NCBI GenBank assembly: GCA_964566145.1
Contig: CAZMHN010000001.1
Coordinates: 16,945-80,944 of the forward strand
From: an uncultured Gammaproteobacteria bacterium
Lineage (GTDB): Bacteria > Patescibacteriota > Patescibacteriia > Veblenbacterales > UBA10138
Direction of reading: 5' to 3'
DNA: 64,000 nucleotides
Shown: one piece after another, positions 1-11,674 of the stretch
How positions within the stretch are numbered: the first letter of the stretch is position 1
Layout: each line of letters begins with the position of its first letter
Translations under genes and position numbers: made by a program
Notes under the pieces: generated by a model
What the model saw: the letters and a program-made list of their open reading frames with translations, nothing else
What the model was told of the DNA's origin: nothing
The model's database searches: none

Positions 1-762
1 CTTCAGCGTGGGCTTGAACACGTAGAACTCGTCCGGCGTGACCACGCCCTGAACGATGAAATCGCCCAGGCCATAGGAACTGTTGATGAGCACCACGTCC
101 CGGAACCCCGATTCGGTGTCGATGGTGAACATGACGCCGGAACAAGCCTTGTCCGAACGCACCATTTTTTGCACGGCGATGGACAGACCTATCTTGAAAT
201 GATCGAAGTGCTTGTCCACGCGATAGGAAATGGCGCGGTCGGTGAAGAGCGAAGCGAAACAGCGCTTGCACGCGTCCAGCAGGGCGTGCTCGCCGCGGAT
301 GTTCAGGTAGCTTTCCTGCTGTCCGGCGAACGAAGCGTCTGGCAGGTCCTCGGCCGTGGCGCTGGAACGCACGGCCACGTCCACGCTCGCGGCACCCAGG
401 CTCTTGGAAAGCTTTCGGTACGCCTCAACGATGGCCTGCTCGAGCTTAGGTGGGAACTTGGCGTGCAGTATCACCTGCCGCACCGCCTCGCCGCGCTTGG
501 CCAGGTCGGCGATGCTATGGGTGTCCAGCCCGCGCAGGAGCTTGCGTATGGATTGCTCGATGCCGGCTTCCTTCAAAAGATGGCGATAGGCGTAGGCGGT
601 CACGGCAAAACCGGGCGGCACTTTCACGCCGCGCTTAGTGAGCTTCTGGTACATCTCCCCTAAGGAAGCGTTCTTGCCGCCGACCAGGGGAATGTCGTGT
701 ATGGATATCTCGTCGAACAACAAGGTGAACTGTTTGCTGCGGGGGGCGGACGCTTTGGGCAT
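1..762 (-). CDS. ppsA: Phosphoenolpyruvate synthase, 5' part (runs off the window start)
   Basis: Not in the ORF track. Manual translation from ATG at 762 gives MPKASAPRSKQFTLLFDEISIHDIPLVGGKNASLGEMYQ...VVLINSSYGLGDFIVQGVVTPDEFYVFKPTLK, with the VGGKNASLGEM and YGLG..IVQG.V.PDEF signatures. Confidence 0.95.
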   Translation of the reverse strand, partial: MPKASAPRSKQFTLLFDEISIHDIPLVGGKNASLGEMYQKLTKRGVKVPPGFAVTAYAYRHLLKEAGIEQSIRKLLRGLDTHSIADLAKRGEAVRQVILHAKFPPKLEQAIVEAYRKLSKSLGAASVDVAVRSSATAEDLPDASFAGQQESYLNIRGEHALLDACKRCFASLFTDRAISYRVDKHFDHFKIGLSIAVQKMVRSDKACSGVMFTIDTESGFRDVVLINSSYGLGDFIVQGVVTPDEFYVFKPTLK

Positions 763-846
763 AGGGCGACAGAAAAATGAAACTCAAATGAAGCGTCCTC
801 AGTATACCATGCGACGCGCGCCCTTCCTATGCTCGCCGCAATGAAA

Positions 847-874
847 TCCCGCCCCGCACAGTTGCGGGGCGGGA
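847..874 (-). terminator. GC-rich hairpin downstream of the DUF4870-like gene
   Basis: TCCCGCCCCGCA-cagt-TGCGGGGCGGGA is a perfect 12-bp stem; the U-tract is short. Confidence 0.6.
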
Positions 875-890
875 CGCGTACAACCCGGAC

Positions 891-1229
891 CTAGAAATTG
901 AACTTCTTGGCGTACTCCGAGAGCCACGGCAGTTCCCAGTACTTGCCCTGGAGCGCGGCCAGCAGGCCCATGATGGACAGTACCAGGGCGGCCAGGCCGC
1001 CGACGAACGCCACGAACCATCCGATAACGGGTACGATGTTTATCACGAACAGGATTACCTCAGCGATGAAGAGCAGGAATCCCTGCCTGGAATGGAACTT
1101 CACGAACTCGCTCTTCCCCGGCTTGAGCAAGGGGATGAGCACCAGCACCCACAGGTACGACAGGGCGGCCATTACTTTGTCGTCCTGCGACACGTTCGGG
1201 GCCGATTGCCCCGGCATTGATTCAGACAT
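891..1229 (-). CDS. DUF4870/Tic20-like small membrane protein
   Basis: 112 aa with AALSYL...FVKFHSRQG...IVPVIGW...AALQGKYWELP pattern and three hydrophobic segments. Confidence 0.75.
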   Translation of the reverse strand: MSESMPGQSAPNVSQDDKVMAALSYLWVLVLIPLLKPGKSEFVKFHSRQGFLLFIAEVILFVINIVPVIGWFVAFVGGLAALVLSIMGLLAALQGKYWELPWLSEYAKKFNF

Positions 1230-1265
1230 ACGTATGATTGGTTACAACTCTAAGAAAAACGCTGA

Positions 1266-1721
1266 TTAGGCTTCAGGTTGGAATACGGCGCGCAACCGGT
1301 TCACCAGGCGGGGAAGCTGGAAGAATCCGACTGTCGCCAGGCTCACGAACACGGCTAGGAACACGCTCCACACCGGCTCGGTCACAAGATTGAGCACGAG
1401 CCAGGGATACCAGAACCGCAACACGGCCCACAGGGCCGACACCGCCCCGCCGCCGAACGCCACAAACGCGCACACCGCCATGGTTTGGACCAGGGTGCTA
1501 GACAGCCGCACCCCGGTAAGATACGCCACGGCCACGCCGGCCGCAACCTGCAACATGAACACAAGCGGCGCCATCAGGGCAAGGTACGAAACTTCAAGCC
1601 AGAAGCTCCCGATGTACGCCGCGGTCACAACCAAGGACAGTGTTACGAAGGGCCACTCAGCCTGGTCCACGTACCACCGCACCGGCTTACCGAAGAATTC
1701 AGCGTTCACTGCCGTTGGCAT
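1266..1721 (-). CDS. Hypothetical membrane protein (about 4 TM)
   Basis: Start placed at ATG 1721 (MPTAVNAEFF), downstream of the groEL terminator and preceded by TATACT and GGAGAG. Strongly hydrophobic. Confidence 0.7.
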   Translation of the reverse strand: MPTAVNAEFFGKPVRWYVDQAEWPFVTLSLVVTAAYIGSFWLEVSYLALMAPLVFMLQVAAGVAVAYLTGVRLSSTLVQTMAVCAFVAFGGGAVSALWAVLRFWYPWLVLNLVTEPVWSVFLAVFVSLATVGFFQLPRLVNRLRAVFQPEA

Positions 1722-1739
1722 ATCACTCTCCAGTATACA

Positions 1740-1770
1740 AAAACCCCGATGGAATATCCATCGGGGTTTT
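1740..1770 (-). terminator. Intrinsic terminator of groES-groEL
   Basis: AAAACCCCGATGGA-ata-TCCATCGGGGTTTT immediately after the groEL stop. Confidence 0.85.
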
Positions 1771-1780
1771 GCTGAATTCA

Positions 1781-3723
<1,943 letters not shown>

Positions 3724-3756
3724 AGGTGTATGAACTATTAATGCTATGGCGATAAA

Positions 3757-3783
3757 TTAGCACTCATACGTATAGAGTGCTAA
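3757..3783. promoter_or_regulatory. CIRCE operator (HrcA binding site)
   Basis: Exact TTAGCACTC-N9-GAGTGCTAA upstream of groES. Confidence 0.97.
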
Positions 3784-3787
3784 ACCC

Positions 3788-3815
3788 ATTTTACCGGCCT
3801 TTTGAGGCCTGTCAA
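3788..3815 (-). promoter_or_regulatory. Sigma70-type promoter of groESL
   Basis: TTGACA-N16-TAAAAT on the minus strand, 4 nt upstream of CIRCE. Confidence 0.8.
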
Positions 3816-5068
3816 GACCCTGCTTCGCCTTCCGGGTGCAGAGCGGCTATGAGCCAGAACAGCAGGAGCATTGAGGCGCTTGTCCACCAGTAGTGATCGA
3901 AGAACGATGTCATGAGTACGGGCGGAAGCCAGAGCCAGGCCGAAGCCGATGCACGAAAGAACCGTTCTTTGACGAACCACAGGAACGCGGCCAGGCCGAG
4001 AATCCCGAGCTCCGCCAGAATAAGCAGGAACAGGTTGTGCACGGGCTGGTACCGATACGGACGCAGTCCCGGCGTACGCTGGGCCAGGGCCTTGGTGTAG
4101 TTGCCCAAGCCAACGCCGCGCCACCACGCCACCCTGGTCAGCGCCTGGCTCTCCTTTACCCCTGTCACGCGCTCTTCAACGGCCTGCTGTTCCAGGCGGC
4201 TGGCCGGCGCGCCTATGAGACGGGCTTTGGTAGGCTCCCACAAAATACTGCCGAACACCGCGAAGACCACGGCTGTCACGACGGCGATTTGCGTAACAGC
4301 GGAACGTAAGCTCTTCTCCCCTATCCACCACACAACCAGCGACGCACCCAACGCCAACCAGCCGGCGCGCGAGAACGCCACGAACAGCCCTCCGGCCTGC
4401 AGAATGCACAAAACGAGCAGGGCGTAACGTTCTGTCTTGGACGCGGAACGGGCCACGAGCCAAGCGCTGGCCAGCATGGTAATGGCGAGCAGGCCGCCCA
4501 GCACGTTCGGGTGAACCTGCCCGGCGTAGGCCCTCAGCCACCTGCCGCCCTCGTTCAAAAGCACAGACGAGCCGGCCACTTCCACCGCGTGCTCAGCCAC
4601 ACCCAGCCACTTGGAAGAGAACGTGGCCTGCAGAGCGAACTGCCCAAGTCCCCAAACAGCCTGGATGCTTCCGGCCAGCACGAGCGCCCAAAGCACATGC
4701 TTGAACTTAGGCTTCACGCTCCGCACCAAAAGCCACAGTACGCCGCCTTCCACAAGCCGCAAGCCCCAATACGAAACCAGGTACGACTTAGGTGCAGCCC
4801 ACGATGATACGAAGGCTAAAGCAACCAGCAGTACGTATGCCTGGAATGCGCGGTTTGATTTGAACAGAAAAATGAACTCCCGCCGCAAAGCGCCCAACGA
4901 CAGTAACGCAAGCGCAACCAACACAATGTCCCACGAGTACAAACTGATACGGCCGTACTCCCACACGCCGCCGAACAAAGGCGGGTCGTAGGCTATCCAC
5001 CTGGTCTGCCACGGAAGCAGGAACACCAGAAGGTACAGGCCGTAGCGCTTTATATCGTCAATCTTCAC
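3812..5068 (-). CDS. O-antigen ligase (WaaL/Wzy_C) family membrane protein
   Basis: 418 aa multi-pass protein; RAYAGQVHPNVLGG, AFSRAGW, GVGLGNY, PVHNLFLLILAELGILG motifs. Confidence 0.88.
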   Translation of the reverse strand: MKIDDIKRYGLYLLVFLLPWQTRWIAYDPPLFGGVWEYGRISLYSWDIVLVALALLSLGALRREFIFLFKSNRAFQAYVLLVALAFVSSWAAPKSYLVSYWGLRLVEGGVLWLLVRSVKPKFKHVLWALVLAGSIQAVWGLGQFALQATFSSKWLGVAEHAVEVAGSSVLLNEGGRWLRAYAGQVHPNVLGGLLAITMLASAWLVARSASKTERYALLVLCILQAGGLFVAFSRAGWLALGASLVVWWIGEKSLRSAVTQIAVVTAVVFAVFGSILWEPTKARLIGAPASRLEQQAVEERVTGVKESQALTRVAWWRGVGLGNYTKALAQRTPGLRPYRYQPVHNLFLLILAELGILGLAAFLWFVKERFFRASASAWLWLPPVLMTSFFDHYWWTSASMLLLFWLIAALHPEGEAGS

Positions 5069-5096
5069 GCCTGCATTATCCCGCGCGTAAGGAACA

Positions 5097-5124
5097 TTGA
5101 CAAATCAACGCACCCTGCTAAGCT
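5097..5124 (+). promoter_or_regulatory. Putative sigma70 promoter of an orphan gene cassette
   Basis: TTGACA-N16-TAAGCT with TG in the extended -10 position. Confidence 0.55.
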
Positions 5125-5172
5125 TAGCTGTCAAAATCAAAACAATCCATTCACAATCAAAAGTAGACACCC

Positions 5173-5271
5173 ATGGGCGGAAATAGGTTTGCCGCAATAC
5201 TCGGCGTCATCGCGTTATTGGGCCTAATAGCATTTGCCCTTTTCGAGCTGTTTTCTGGTGCGCCCCAATAA
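5173..5271 (+). CDS. Putative 32-aa single-TM peptide
   Basis: MGGNRFAAILGVIALLGLIAFALFELFSGAPQ*, below the ORF-track cutoff, downstream of the promoter. Confidence 0.4.
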   Translation: MGGNRFAAILGVIALLGLIAFALFELFSGAPQ

Positions 5272-5298
5272 CCCATCCACAACCAAACTGGAGACCTC

Positions 5299-5805
5299 AT
5301 GACTAGAAGAAAGACACTTATACTCTCGGCCATCTCAACTGTAGTAGGAGCTCTAGGCATATTGATAGGCTTATTAATCTCTATGCCGAAAAGCGAACAA
5401 CCTAATGCCATGCAGGCGCTGGCCGAGCGCGGTGATACTACGGCAATACAAGGGCCTTTCGAAGAGGGCAGTACTGTACCGGTGTTTCATCCAGTCAAAG
5501 TACTTGACCGGGGAGACATTGACCCGCGCGGTCGCTTGAGCTGGTGCAAAGTACTGTACGAGGTGTACCCCTACACTGACCCGCCCACCTACGAGCTACA
5601 ACCGTTATACGTTGTCGCCAGCAATGACGAATGGTACTGGCGCGACAGCCTGGCCTACGCTTTCTCGCGCACCATGCGCTCCAGGACCCACGGCGTCGAC
5701 CAAGTACAGTTCCTGATAGACGGATCCGTGGGCAGGCACATGCTCATGCAAAAAGAAGCTGTGGTCTACGGCGGACAACACAAACGCAGTGCGGAACCGT
5801 ACTGA
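5299..5805 (+). CDS. Hypothetical protein with N-terminal membrane anchor
   Basis: 168 aa; GGAGA SD; N-terminal basic plus hydrophobic segment. Confidence 0.7.
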   Translation: MTRRKTLILSAISTVVGALGILIGLLISMPKSEQPNAMQALAERGDTTAIQGPFEEGSTVPVFHPVKVLDRGDIDPRGRLSWCKVLYEVYPYTDPPTYELQPLYVVASNDEWYWRDSLAYAFSRTMRSRTHGVDQVQFLIDGSVGRHMLMQKEAVVYGGQHKRSAEPY

Positions 5806-5927
5806 TGCTCACGTCCCTGATTCTGCTCACCACGCTCAACTGGATAATCCAGGCCATACTGTTCCTGACCATAGGCTGGCCGTTCGCGCTACTCATCCGA
5901 CTATCGCGCGACCGTGCGCTCAAGTAA
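5805..5927 (+). CDS. Putative 40-aa hydrophobic peptide
   Basis: TGATG overlap with the upstream stop; MLTSLILLTTLNWIIQAILFLTIGWPFALLIRLSRDRALK*; followed by a terminator. Confidence 0.5.
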   Translation: MLTSLILLTTLNWIIQAILFLTIGWPFALLIRLSRDRALK

Positions 5928-5946
5928 AACCGAACATCATCGACAC

Positions 5947-5980
5947 GGGCAGTGCCAATGCGCACTGCCCTGTTTTTTTT
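5947..5980 (+). terminator. Intrinsic terminator
   Basis: GGGCAGTGC-caatgc-GCACTGCCC followed by TGTTTTTTTT. Confidence 0.85.
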
Positions 5981-6041
5981 ACATTGACAACTGATGCCGA
6001 TTGGGGTTAGGTACAGGCAACACACGAATACGGAGGAAACA

Positions 6042-6248
6042 ATGAAACTACAAATACGGGTCGATGTGGTGCCGGAAGACGGCGAACAGGCGCTTTCGCC
6101 CAGCAATGCCGAGCAGGGCACTATATTCTCAGAACTCAGCCAGGCATCCAAACGTATCGCCAGCCACCTCGGCCTGCCCCCAGACACCAAACCGGAAATA
6201 CAGCTCCGCTTCGAACCCAGCACAATCGCACCAAAACCGCCGACGTAG
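6042..6248 (+). CDS. Small hypothetical protein (68 aa)
   Basis: GGAGG SD before ATG 6042 (MKLQIRVDVV...); TTGACA at 5984; hairpin around the stop. Confidence 0.6.
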   Translation: MKLQIRVDVVPEDGEQALSPSNAEQGTIFSELSQASKRIASHLGLPPDTKPEIQLRFEPSTIAPKPPT

Positions 6249-6283
6249 TCCGCCGGCGGTTGTTACTTATCCAAACCGGAATT

Positions 6284-9187
6284 CTACAGCACCTTCTTGA
6301 GCCACTGGCCGGTGTAGCTCTGCTTCACCTTGGCCACGTCCTTCGGAGTCCCGACCGCCACCAACTGGCCGCCCTTGTCCCCGCCTTCCGGCCCCAGGTC
6401 GATAACCCAGTCCGCACACTTGATGACGTCCATGTTGTGCTCTATAACGAGCACGGTATTCCCCCGCTCCACCAGCTCGTTCAGGACGTGGAGCAGTTTC
6501 TTCACGTCCGCGAAGTGCAATCCGGTGGTGGGCTCGTCCAGAATGTACAGCGTCCGGCCGGTAGCGCGGCGCGACAGCTCGGTCGCCAGCTTGATGCGCT
6601 GGGCCTCGCCGCCGGAAAGCGTGGTGGCAGACTGCCCCAGGTGGATGTAGCCCAGACCGACCTCGCACAGCACCTTGAGCTTCTGGTGAATGGCCGGCAC
6701 ATTCTCAAAGAACGCCGCGGCTTCTTCGGCCGTCATCTCCAGCACGTCGGATATGTTCTTGCCCTTGTAATGTATTTCCAGCGCCTGCTGATTGTAGCGT
6801 TTGCCGTGGCATTCCTCGCACTCCACGTACACGTCCGGCAGGAAATGCATCTCGATGCGTACCAGACCGTCGCCCTCGCAGGCTTCACAGCGGCCGCCCT
6901 TCACGTTGAAACTGAACCGGCCCGGGTCATAACCCCGTATCTTGGCTTCGGGAAGCTCCGAGAACAGGTCGCGGATGGGAGTGAACACGCCCGTGTAGGT
7001 GGCGGGATTCGAACGCGGCGTGCGGCCGATGGGCGACTGGTCTATGGTAATCACCTTGTCTATGTGTTCCAAGCCCTTGATGCCGCGGTGCTTGCCAGGC
7101 AGGTCCTTGGAATTATAAAAGTGCTGGGATAGCGCGCGAGACAGGATGTCGGTGATGAGCGTGGATTTTCCCGAACCCGACACGCCGGTGATGACCACGA
7201 ACCTGCCCAGGGGGATGTCGACTGAAATGTTCTTGAGATTGAACTCCTGCGCCCCTTCAATGCGGAGCACCTTGCCGTTGCCCGGCCTGGACTTGGCCGG
7301 AGCCTCGATTACGAGCTTGCCCGACAGATACTGTCCGGTGAGCGAGGCTTTCACTTGGGCGACTTCCTGGGGCGTCCCCTGCGCCACCACCTCGCCGCCG
7401 TGCTTGCCGGCGCCGGGACCTATGTCTATGAGCTGATCCGCCGCTACCATGGTCTCGTGGTCGTGCTCTACCACGATAACCGTGTTCCCAAGGTCCCTAA
7501 GCCGCTTCAGAGTGGTGATAAGCTTGCTGTTGTCGCGCTGGTGCAATCCAATAGAGGGCTCGTCGAGAATGTAGATGACGCCGACTAACGATGAGCCTAT
7601 CTGCGTAGCTAAGCGGATGCGCTGAGCTTCGCCGCCCGAGAGCGTACTGGCGGCCCGGTCGAGTGTTAGGTAATCCAAGCCGACATCGGAAAGGAACGAC
7701 AGCCGCTCGCGTATCTCCTTCAGTATCTGCCTGGCTATCTTGAGCTCGCGCTCGGTAAGCTTGCTCTTTCCTTCCAGGGTGGCGAAGAATTCCCTGGCCT
7801 CGATAACGGACAGCTGAGCCACATCGGCTATGTTCTTTCCGGCCACGGTCACGCCCAGCACCTCGGGTTTCAGGCGCCTGCCCTGGCAGGTTGAGCACGG
7901 CCACACGCGCATGTACCGCTCTATCTCGCTACGCATGTAATCCGAATCGGTCTCGCGGTATCTGCGCTCAAGGTTCGGAATAACGCCCTCGTACGTAGTG
8001 TAGAACTCGCGCACCTTGCCGGTCTGGCCGGTACCTGCATTCACGTTGTAATTCCGGCTCCCAGTTCCGTAGAGCACTGTCTTGAGCTGGGCCGGGGTGA
8101 GCTTGGACACGGGCACGCTCAGCGAGAACCCGTGCTCCTTGGCCACCGCCTCCAGTATCCTGAAATACCATGTCTGGTTGGCGCTCGTGCGGCTCCACGG
8201 ACGAATGGCGCCTTCGGCCAGTGACAGCTTCTTGTTCGGCACGACCAGGTCGGGATCTATCTCTAGCCTGGTGCCCAAACCGGTGCAGGTCGGGCAGGCC
8301 CCGTGCGGCGAATTGAAGGAAAAACTCCTAGGCTCTATGTTCGGCAGATCGACGTGGCAGGCGGGACAGGAAAAGTGCTCGCTGAACAGCAAGTCATCAT
8401 GTCCTTCGCGTGACACTTTCACAATGCCGTCGCCCAGATCCAGAGCCGTTTCCAGGGAGTCATGGAGGCGAGTGATGTCGTCCGGCTCCTCGGACACGGT
8501 CAGCCGGTCCACCACCACGTCTAGGTTGTGCTTCTTCTGCTTGTCCACATTCATGTCCTCGGCTTCCTCCATGGACATCACCTTGCCGTCGAACCGCAAA
8601 CGCACGTAGCCTGCCTTTTTCAGCTCGGCCACGGTGTTCTTGTGTTCGCCTTTTTGGTCCCTCACGACGGAAGCCAAAAGCGAGAATGGCGTTCCCTTGC
8701 CGAGCTCTTGTATGCGCGAAACGATCTGGTCCACTGATTGCCTGGTCACGGGACGGCCGCACTGCGGACAGTGCGGAATGCCTATGCGCGCATAGAACAG
8801 GCGCATGTAATCGTACACTTCCGTCACGGTGCCAACCGTGGACCTGGGGTTGTGGGAGGTCGATTTTTGGTCTATGGAAATGGCCGGCGAAAGCCCGTCT
8901 ATCTGATCCACATCCGGCTTATCCATGATGCCCAGGAACTGTCTGGCATAGGCCGACAGCGATTCTATGTACCGGCGCTGGCCTTCGGCGTAGATGGTGT
9001 CGAAAGCCAGCGAAGACTTACCCGAGCCGGACAAACCGGTAATGACCACCAGCTGGTTTCGGGGTATGTCGAGCGAGATGTTCTTTAGATTGTGTACGCG
9101 CGCACCGCGGATCGAGATAACCTCGGCCGCGCCGCCGGTCTTTCCGTTCCCTCCGTTCGTCTTGCTGTTTCCGTTGGTTCTAGGCAT
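6284..9187 (-). CDS. uvrA: Excinuclease ABC subunit A
   Basis: 967 aa; two ABC modules ([25 protein letters not shown] twice) and zinc fingers. Confidence 0.99.
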   Translation of the reverse strand: MPRTNGNSKTNGGNGKTGGAAEVISIRGARVHNLKNISLDIPRNQLVVITGLSGSGKSSLAFDTIYAEGQRRYIESLSAYARQFLGIMDKPDVDQIDGLSPAISIDQKSTSHNPRSTVGTVTEVYDYMRLFYARIGIPHCPQCGRPVTRQSVDQIVSRIQELGKGTPFSLLASVVRDQKGEHKNTVAELKKAGYVRLRFDGKVMSMEEAEDMNVDKQKKHNLDVVVDRLTVSEEPDDITRLHDSLETALDLGDGIVKVSREGHDDLLFSEHFSCPACHVDLPNIEPRSFSFNSPHGACPTCTGLGTRLEIDPDLVVPNKKLSLAEGAIRPWSRTSANQTWYFRILEAVAKEHGFSLSVPVSKLTPAQLKTVLYGTGSRNYNVNAGTGQTGKVREFYTTYEGVIPNLERRYRETDSDYMRSEIERYMRVWPCSTCQGRRLKPEVLGVTVAGKNIADVAQLSVIEAREFFATLEGKSKLTERELKIARQILKEIRERLSFLSDVGLDYLTLDRAASTLSGGEAQRIRLATQIGSSLVGVIYILDEPSIGLHQRDNSKLITTLKRLRDLGNTVIVVEHDHETMVAADQLIDIGPGAGKHGGEVVAQGTPQEVAQVKASLTGQYLSGKLVIEAPAKSRPGNGKVLRIEGAQEFNLKNISVDIPLGRFVVITGVSGSGKSTLITDILSRALSQHFYNSKDLPGKHRGIKGLEHIDKVITIDQSPIGRTPRSNPATYTGVFTPIRDLFSELPEAKIRGYDPGRFSFNVKGGRCEACEGDGLVRIEMHFLPDVYVECEECHGKRYNQQALEIHYKGKNISDVLEMTAEEAAAFFENVPAIHQKLKVLCEVGLGYIHLGQSATTLSGGEAQRIKLATELSRRATGRTLYILDEPTTGLHFADVKKLLHVLNELVERGNTVLVIEHNMDVIKCADWVIDLGPEGGDKGGQLVAVGTPKDVAKVKQSYTGQWLKKVL

Positions 9188-9246
9188 AGGCGCGCAAAAG
9201 TGGATACAGCGTACACCCTATGTCAAGAGCGGTCAAGGGATGGGGT

Positions 9247-9279
9247 AAAAAACGGGGCGTGCCTTATGGCACACCCCGT
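9247..9279 (-). terminator. Intrinsic terminator of the small 9296-9532 gene
   Basis: ACGGGGCGTGCC-ttat-GGCACACCCCGT with an A-tract that reads as a U-tract on the minus strand. Confidence 0.7.
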
Positions 9280-9295
9280 ACGAATCGGTACCGCG

Positions 9296-9532
9296 CTAGC
9301 TGAGACGCAATGCAATCTGGTTGAGGACCGTAGCCTCAATAGCCGGATCAAGGTGCAATGCCGTGAGTCGCACCTGATACTGACTTTTGGCAGATTCCAT
9401 GCTTTCCGCCGGGGCCTGTCCTTCTTCGCGAATGACACCGTCGAATCCGAGCGATTTCAATGCCCGGGATATTTCTTTGATTTTCGCCATATTATCTGGC
9501 GACCCGTATAACAAGGAAGACTCCTTTTCCAT
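9296..9532 (-). CDS. Small hypothetical protein (78 aa)
   Basis: AGGAGGG SD; upstream TTGACA-N17-TAGGTT; downstream terminator. Confidence 0.65.
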   Translation of the reverse strand: MEKESSLLYGSPDNMAKIKEISRALKSLGFDGVIREEGQAPAESMESAKSQYQVRLTALHLDPAIEATVLNQIALRLS

Positions 9533-9646
9533 GACAAACCCTCCTATTAATTTGTATTCTTGGCGGAAACTTAAGGTCCATTTTTGTGCACTGAACCTAC
9601 CAACCCCTCATCGTTCTGTCAATGATTGCAGTATACTTATACCACC

Positions 9647-11398
9647 ATGACAAACGTACTCCAGCGTCAGCTCCAACAGCTTCCGGCTAAGCCCGGCGTG
9701 TACCGATTCTTCAACGAGGCGGGCAGGCTTCTATACGTGGGCAAGGCCAAGTCCCTAAAAGACCGCGTCCGCTCCTACTTCCATGCGGGCACCGAGCTCT
9801 CCCCTGCCAAACAACTCATGGTACGCGGCATCCATCACGTGGAAACCAGCGTGATGTCGAACGAGGACGAAGCTCTCCTGTTGGAAGCCACGCTCATCAA
9901 ACAACACCAGCCGCCGTACAACATAGACCTGAAAGACGATAAGAACTGGATGTATTTTGCCATCGACCGCAGAGAGTCGTACCCGCGGGTTTCGCTGGAA
10001 CGCAAAACGGGTACAAGGGGCGTACGCTACTTCGGCCCGTACCCTTCGGCTGGCGCCGCGCGCGCCACTCTCCAGCTAATGAAAAAAACGCTCGGACTGC
10101 GCACCTGCCAGAACCCGCCGGGTAGGCCTTGCTTCGCGGCTGGCCTGGGAAGATGCCTGGGGCACGACCTTGGGCCAGGGAGCCGCGCCTCATACCGCAA
10201 ACAGCTTGCGCGCTTCGAGTGCGTACTCAAGGGCGAGGTGCGCGAAGCCGTGGCCGAACTCACAAAAGACATGGGTGCCGCCGCCCAAACCAAACAATAC
10301 GAACGCGCAGCCAGGCTTAGGGACCAATTGCGCTCATTGGAACGTTTGCTGATAAAACAGAACGTCGTGAGTGCGAACCGGGAATCTTTCGACTTATTTG
10401 CGGTCGCACGGGGCAGTTCTTCTGCGGCCGTGGCCAAACTTCCGGTCCGCAAAGGCGCGCTCCTGGAAACTGACCGGTTCCTGCTTGAGCACACCAACGG
10501 CCTTACCGAGTCCGAGGTGCTGTCCGGCTTTCTGGAGCAGTACTACGCCCAAGCCACCGACCGTCCGCGGCGGGCGTACGTTTCCGCACGGCTTCCTGAA
10601 AAGCGCATTGGCGTCACTGCGCTGGAAGTGCCGCAACGCGGCCGCAAGCGGCAGCTTCTGCGGCTGGCTCACAAAACGGCCGAATCGCACCTTACCCAGA
10701 GCGCGGCTTCATGGGAACGCCGCGAGGTGCGCGCCCAAACCGGCATGAAAGAACTCCAGGAACGGCTGGGGCTTCCCGCCCTGCCACAGCGCGTCGAAGG
10801 TTACGACATCTCGAACATTCAGGGCAAGGAAGCCGTCGGGGCCATGGTCGTGCTGACCAACGGCATGCCTGATCCCAAACACTACCGAAAGTTCCGCATC
10901 GACGGGTTCGGGGGATCGAACGACTTTGCCATGCTGGCGCACATGGTCGTAAGGCGCTTTACCAAAAACCGCGACTGGCCCAGGCCCGACCTGGTTATGC
11001 TGGACGGCGGCGCAGGCCAGCTGTCCGTGGTACAAAAAGCCCTGCGCGGCGCCAGAGTCCAGGTGCCGCTCGTAGCCTTGGCCAAGCGCGAGGAGCAACT
11101 GTACCTGCCCGGCCGCGCCAGGCCCCTCAAACTTCCCTCGAATAACTCCGGGCTCCTGTTGCTGATGGAGCTCAGGGACGAAGCCCACCGGTTCGGCATA
11201 ACGTTTTATCGCTCCCGCCACCGCAAAGCCAACGTGCGCTCCCAGTGGGACGAGCTCCCCGGCGTCGGGCCGGTGCTGAAGAAAAAGCTCAAGGCCGCCT
11301 TCGGCTCGCTGGCATCATTGAGGAAGGCTCAGGACAAGGACGTTGAGCTTATTGTCGGCAAAGAAAGGGCCCGTTCCATTCGCGAACGCCTAGGCTAA
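9647..11398 (+). CDS. uvrC: Excinuclease ABC subunit C
   Basis: GIY-YIG region (PGVYRF...YVGKAKSLKDRV), UVR domain, EGYDISN, MLDGG, RDEAHRFG, HhH. Start placed at ATG 9647. Confidence 0.98.
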   Translation: MTNVLQRQLQQLPAKPGVYRFFNEAGRLLYVGKAKSLKDRVRSYFHAGTELSPAKQLMVRGIHHVETSVMSNEDEALLLEATLIKQHQPPYNIDLKDDKNWMYFAIDRRESYPRVSLERKTGTRGVRYFGPYPSAGAARATLQLMKKTLGLRTCQNPPGRPCFAAGLGRCLGHDLGPGSRASYRKQLARFECVLKGEVREAVAELTKDMGAAAQTKQYERAARLRDQLRSLERLLIKQNVVSANRESFDLFAVARGSSSAAVAKLPVRKGALLETDRFLLEHTNGLTESEVLSGFLEQYYAQATDRPRRAYVSARLPEKRIGVTALEVPQRGRKRQLLRLAHKTAESHLTQSAASWERREVRAQTGMKELQERLGLPALPQRVEGYDISNIQGKEAVGAMVVLTNGMPDPKHYRKFRIDGFGGSNDFAMLAHMVVRRFTKNRDWPRPDLVMLDGGAGQLSVVQKALRGARVQVPLVALAKREEQLYLPGRARPLKLPSNNSGLLLLMELRDEAHRFGITFYRSRHRKANVRSQWDELPGVGPVLKKKLKAAFGSLASLRKAQDKDVELIVGKERARSIRERLG

Positions 11399-11411
11399 GC
11401 GTCCGCCTGTC

Positions 11412-11439
11412 TTGACAAACTCGCCTAAAAAGGTACACT
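11412..11439 (+). promoter_or_regulatory. Putative sigma70 promoter
   Basis: TTGACA-N16-TACACT. Confidence 0.6.
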
Positions 11440-11491
11440 AACCGGCTATTTTGAAAACCAAAGCAGTTCCACTCCCAAAAATGAGGTGCAA

Positions 11492-11623
11492 ATGAAAAAA
11501 GTCGCCATTGTTAGCATCATTGGCCTTGGCCTGTTCGGCTTCTTCTACCTGGCGGCAAAACGCCGCCGCATCAACAGCGTGCCTTCCGGCGAATGGGCAG
11601 AAGATTCCATCGGCGCGTGCTGA
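11492..11623 (+). CDS. Putative 43-aa single-TM peptide
   Basis: GAGGTG SD; MKKVAIVSIIGLGLFGFFYLAAKRRRINSVPSGEWAEDSIGAC*; bracketed by a promoter and a terminator. Confidence 0.6.
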   Translation: MKKVAIVSIIGLGLFGFFYLAAKRRRINSVPSGEWAEDSIGAC

Positions 11624-11638
11624 ACCGACACCATCCAT

Positions 11639-11674
11639 GCCCCGTCCAAAACACCGGACGGGGCGCCTCTTTTT
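11639..11674 (+). terminator. Hairpin terminator between convergent genes
   Basis: GCCCCGTCC-aaaacacc-GGACGGGGC followed by a T-run. Confidence 0.7.

Noticed and set aside
9188-9646. LexA/SOS box between divergent uvrA and uvrC
   Set aside because: I found no convincing CTGT-N8-ACAG or GAAC-N4-GTTC palindrome at the promoters; the space holds a small ORF with its own signals.
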